In this document: in pieces, positions 62,404 to 64,000 of the stretch
Position numbering within the stretch: the stretch's first letter is position 1
How the letters are laid out: each line of letters begins with the position of its first letter
Origin: Geosiphon pyriformis uo1
Taxonomy: Eukaryota > Fungi > Glomeromycota
NCBI GenBank assembly: GCA_016748015.1
Contig: JAAOMT010000706.1
Location: 572,038-636,037, forward strand
Length of the DNA stretch: 64,000 nt
Direction of reading: 5' to 3'
The notes under the pieces: generated by a model
What the model saw: only the letters and a program-made list of their open reading frames with translations
Told to the model about the DNA's origin: nothing
Databases searched by the model: none
Program-made: the position numbers and the translations under genes

Positions 62404-63789
62404 ATGAATTCAGAAAACTACAACAATCTCAAACAATATTTGGAAACATTAACAATCCCAACAGATTGGTCTCCAGATGAAAAACATCAATTACAACAAC
62501 AAGCCAAACAATATTTTCTACACAACAACATTATTTATCATCGAAATTTCAAAAACTCAGACAAACCACTCAGATTAATACAAGAACAGAAAAAAAAGAC
62601 TATATTATACAACATGCACTCAGATCTTTCATCAGTCTACTTCGGAAAAGACAGCACCACCCAAAGAACACTAGAATACTACTTTTGGCCTCGAATGAGA
62701 AAAGACATTCATGAATATGTTGAATCTTGTGATAGTTGTCAAAAAAAAGGAGGAACTCGCCTTACAGAACCTTTAAACCCAATCAAAGTTGAACAGCCTT
62801 TTGACAGAGTTGGTATCAATTTAGTCGGACCACTACCTATCACAAACTAAGGAAACCGCTATATTACAGTAGCCATAGACTATCTCACCAAATGGCCTAA
62901 AGCCAGAGCCATTCAACGGGCAGATGCAAAATTAGTAGCAAACTTCATCTACAAAGACATCATTTGTAGACATGGATGCCCAATAGAACTTTTATCTAAT
63001 CAAGGAACACATTTCATGAACAATTTAATCCAGGAAATTTGTGGACAATTTAATGTCAAAAGACCATTATCTTCACTTTACCATCCACAAACAAATGGAC
63101 TGGTAGAACAGTTCAACAGAACATTGTGTGAATTATTAGCCAAAGTTTCAACTGATTTTGAGCAAGAATGGGATCTCTTTATTCCATCAGTGTTATTAGC
63201 ATATAGGACACTAAAACAAGATACCACAAAACACACACCATTTGATTTAACTTATGAAAGGATGGCAACATTACCAATTAGTTTCACAGTGGAAACATAT
63301 CCAGCACAACCAATTGATGAAAACAATTTCTAAGAAATGCTTTAATGAAGGGCCTACACTCTGCTTAGCACATTGGAAAAAAAACAACGAATAGCAGCCA
63401 CCCATATTGAACACTCCCAAGCTCAACAAAAAGAACGGCATGATGACAAATTGCCTTCAGTCACCAATGAATTTAAAATTGGAAACAAAGTTCTCTTACA
63501 CAGAACTAAAGCTGAAAAACAATGGAGTGGAAAATTTGAAAATAAATGGGATGGACCATTCTTTATCCATGAAGTTTTAGGCAACAAATTATACAAGCTA
63601 AGACTTGATGACAAAATTCTAGCAAAAGTTGCACATGGAGATCGTTTGAAACACTATAATTCCAGAAACAATCCTAAACCATTAATTCCACAAATTGGTA
63701 CACATTCCCCTTTAATCAATCCTGAAGACATTCCCCGAAATTTAGAACCAATAGTTGTCATTGAACAGCCTCCCAACTTAAACACTTAA
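62404..63789 (+). pseudogene. family D integrase ORF
   Basis: Own ATG; CDSCQ, INLVGPLP, HPQTNGLVEQFNRTL, KWDGPFFI (GPY/F); a few premature stops; no chromodomain seen. Confidence 0.9.
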
Positions 63790-64000
63790 TTTAAATTTAT
63801 TATTATAGTTATTTTCTTATAATTTAGAAACAATTTCACAAAAACAAAACAAAAATAACATAAAAACCCATGCACCAAAAATAATTTTCTTTTATTTCAA
63901 ATTGCTTATAATGACTATTCCTTAAAACATTCAACAATTATCCCAAAAACTAATGTTAGCTTTAAAAACAATACCCGAATTATCTATTACTGTTACTGGA

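Larger units (their letters stand above)
55712..64000 (+). mobile_element. Ty3/Gypsy family D element (5' LTR through integrase; 3' end beyond window)
   Basis: LTR 55712-56710, PBS, gag, PR, Cys-rich block, dUTPase, RT, RH, IN; inserted in the LINE endonuclease. Confidence 0.93.

Noticed and set aside
42981-63789. Frequent in-frame stops as stop-codon reassignment or readthrough
   Set aside because: All three stop types occur at different positions in different copies and host genes use the standard code; mutation explains them
63991-64000. TGTTACTGGA as the start of the family D 3' LTR
   Set aside because: Two mismatches to the 5' LTR start, no PPT upstream, only 10 bp visible

Overview
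Eukaryotic (fungal) genomic DNA; intron style, gene content and TE proteins suggest an early-diverging, probably Glomeromycotina-type fungus (the TE proteins recall Geosiphon-like predicted proteins; from memory, not verified). A ~12 kb gene island (15.7-27.6 kb) holds RRP8 rRNA methyltransferase, a secreted expansin-like DPBB protein, a secreted/GPI-type HEXXH metalloprotease and a hypothetical mitochondrial protein. It is flanked by nested transposon blocks: three Ty3/Gypsy families with internal regions (A, B, D) plus three other LTR pieces, three APE-RT(-RNaseH) LINE copies, an apparently ORF1-only LINE partner, a 106-bp LINE tail, a MULE transposase pseudogene and extremely AT-rich relic DNA. 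Nearly all TE ORFs are broken by C>T/G>A-type stops. Most unusual: (1) the Gypsy elements appear to be multi-cistronic (AUG-less gag-PR-[Cys-rich domain]-dUTPase-RT-RH ORF, a separately initiated integrase ORF, and in family A an extra 3' ORF); (2) a HAL1-like ORF1-only element shares a covarying structured 3' tail with the LINEs; (3) the MULE seems to carry a USP-fold protease domain; (4) RIP-like, non-CpG-restricted transition hypermutation. All protein and RNA-structure calls are by-eye motif recognition; no searches were run.
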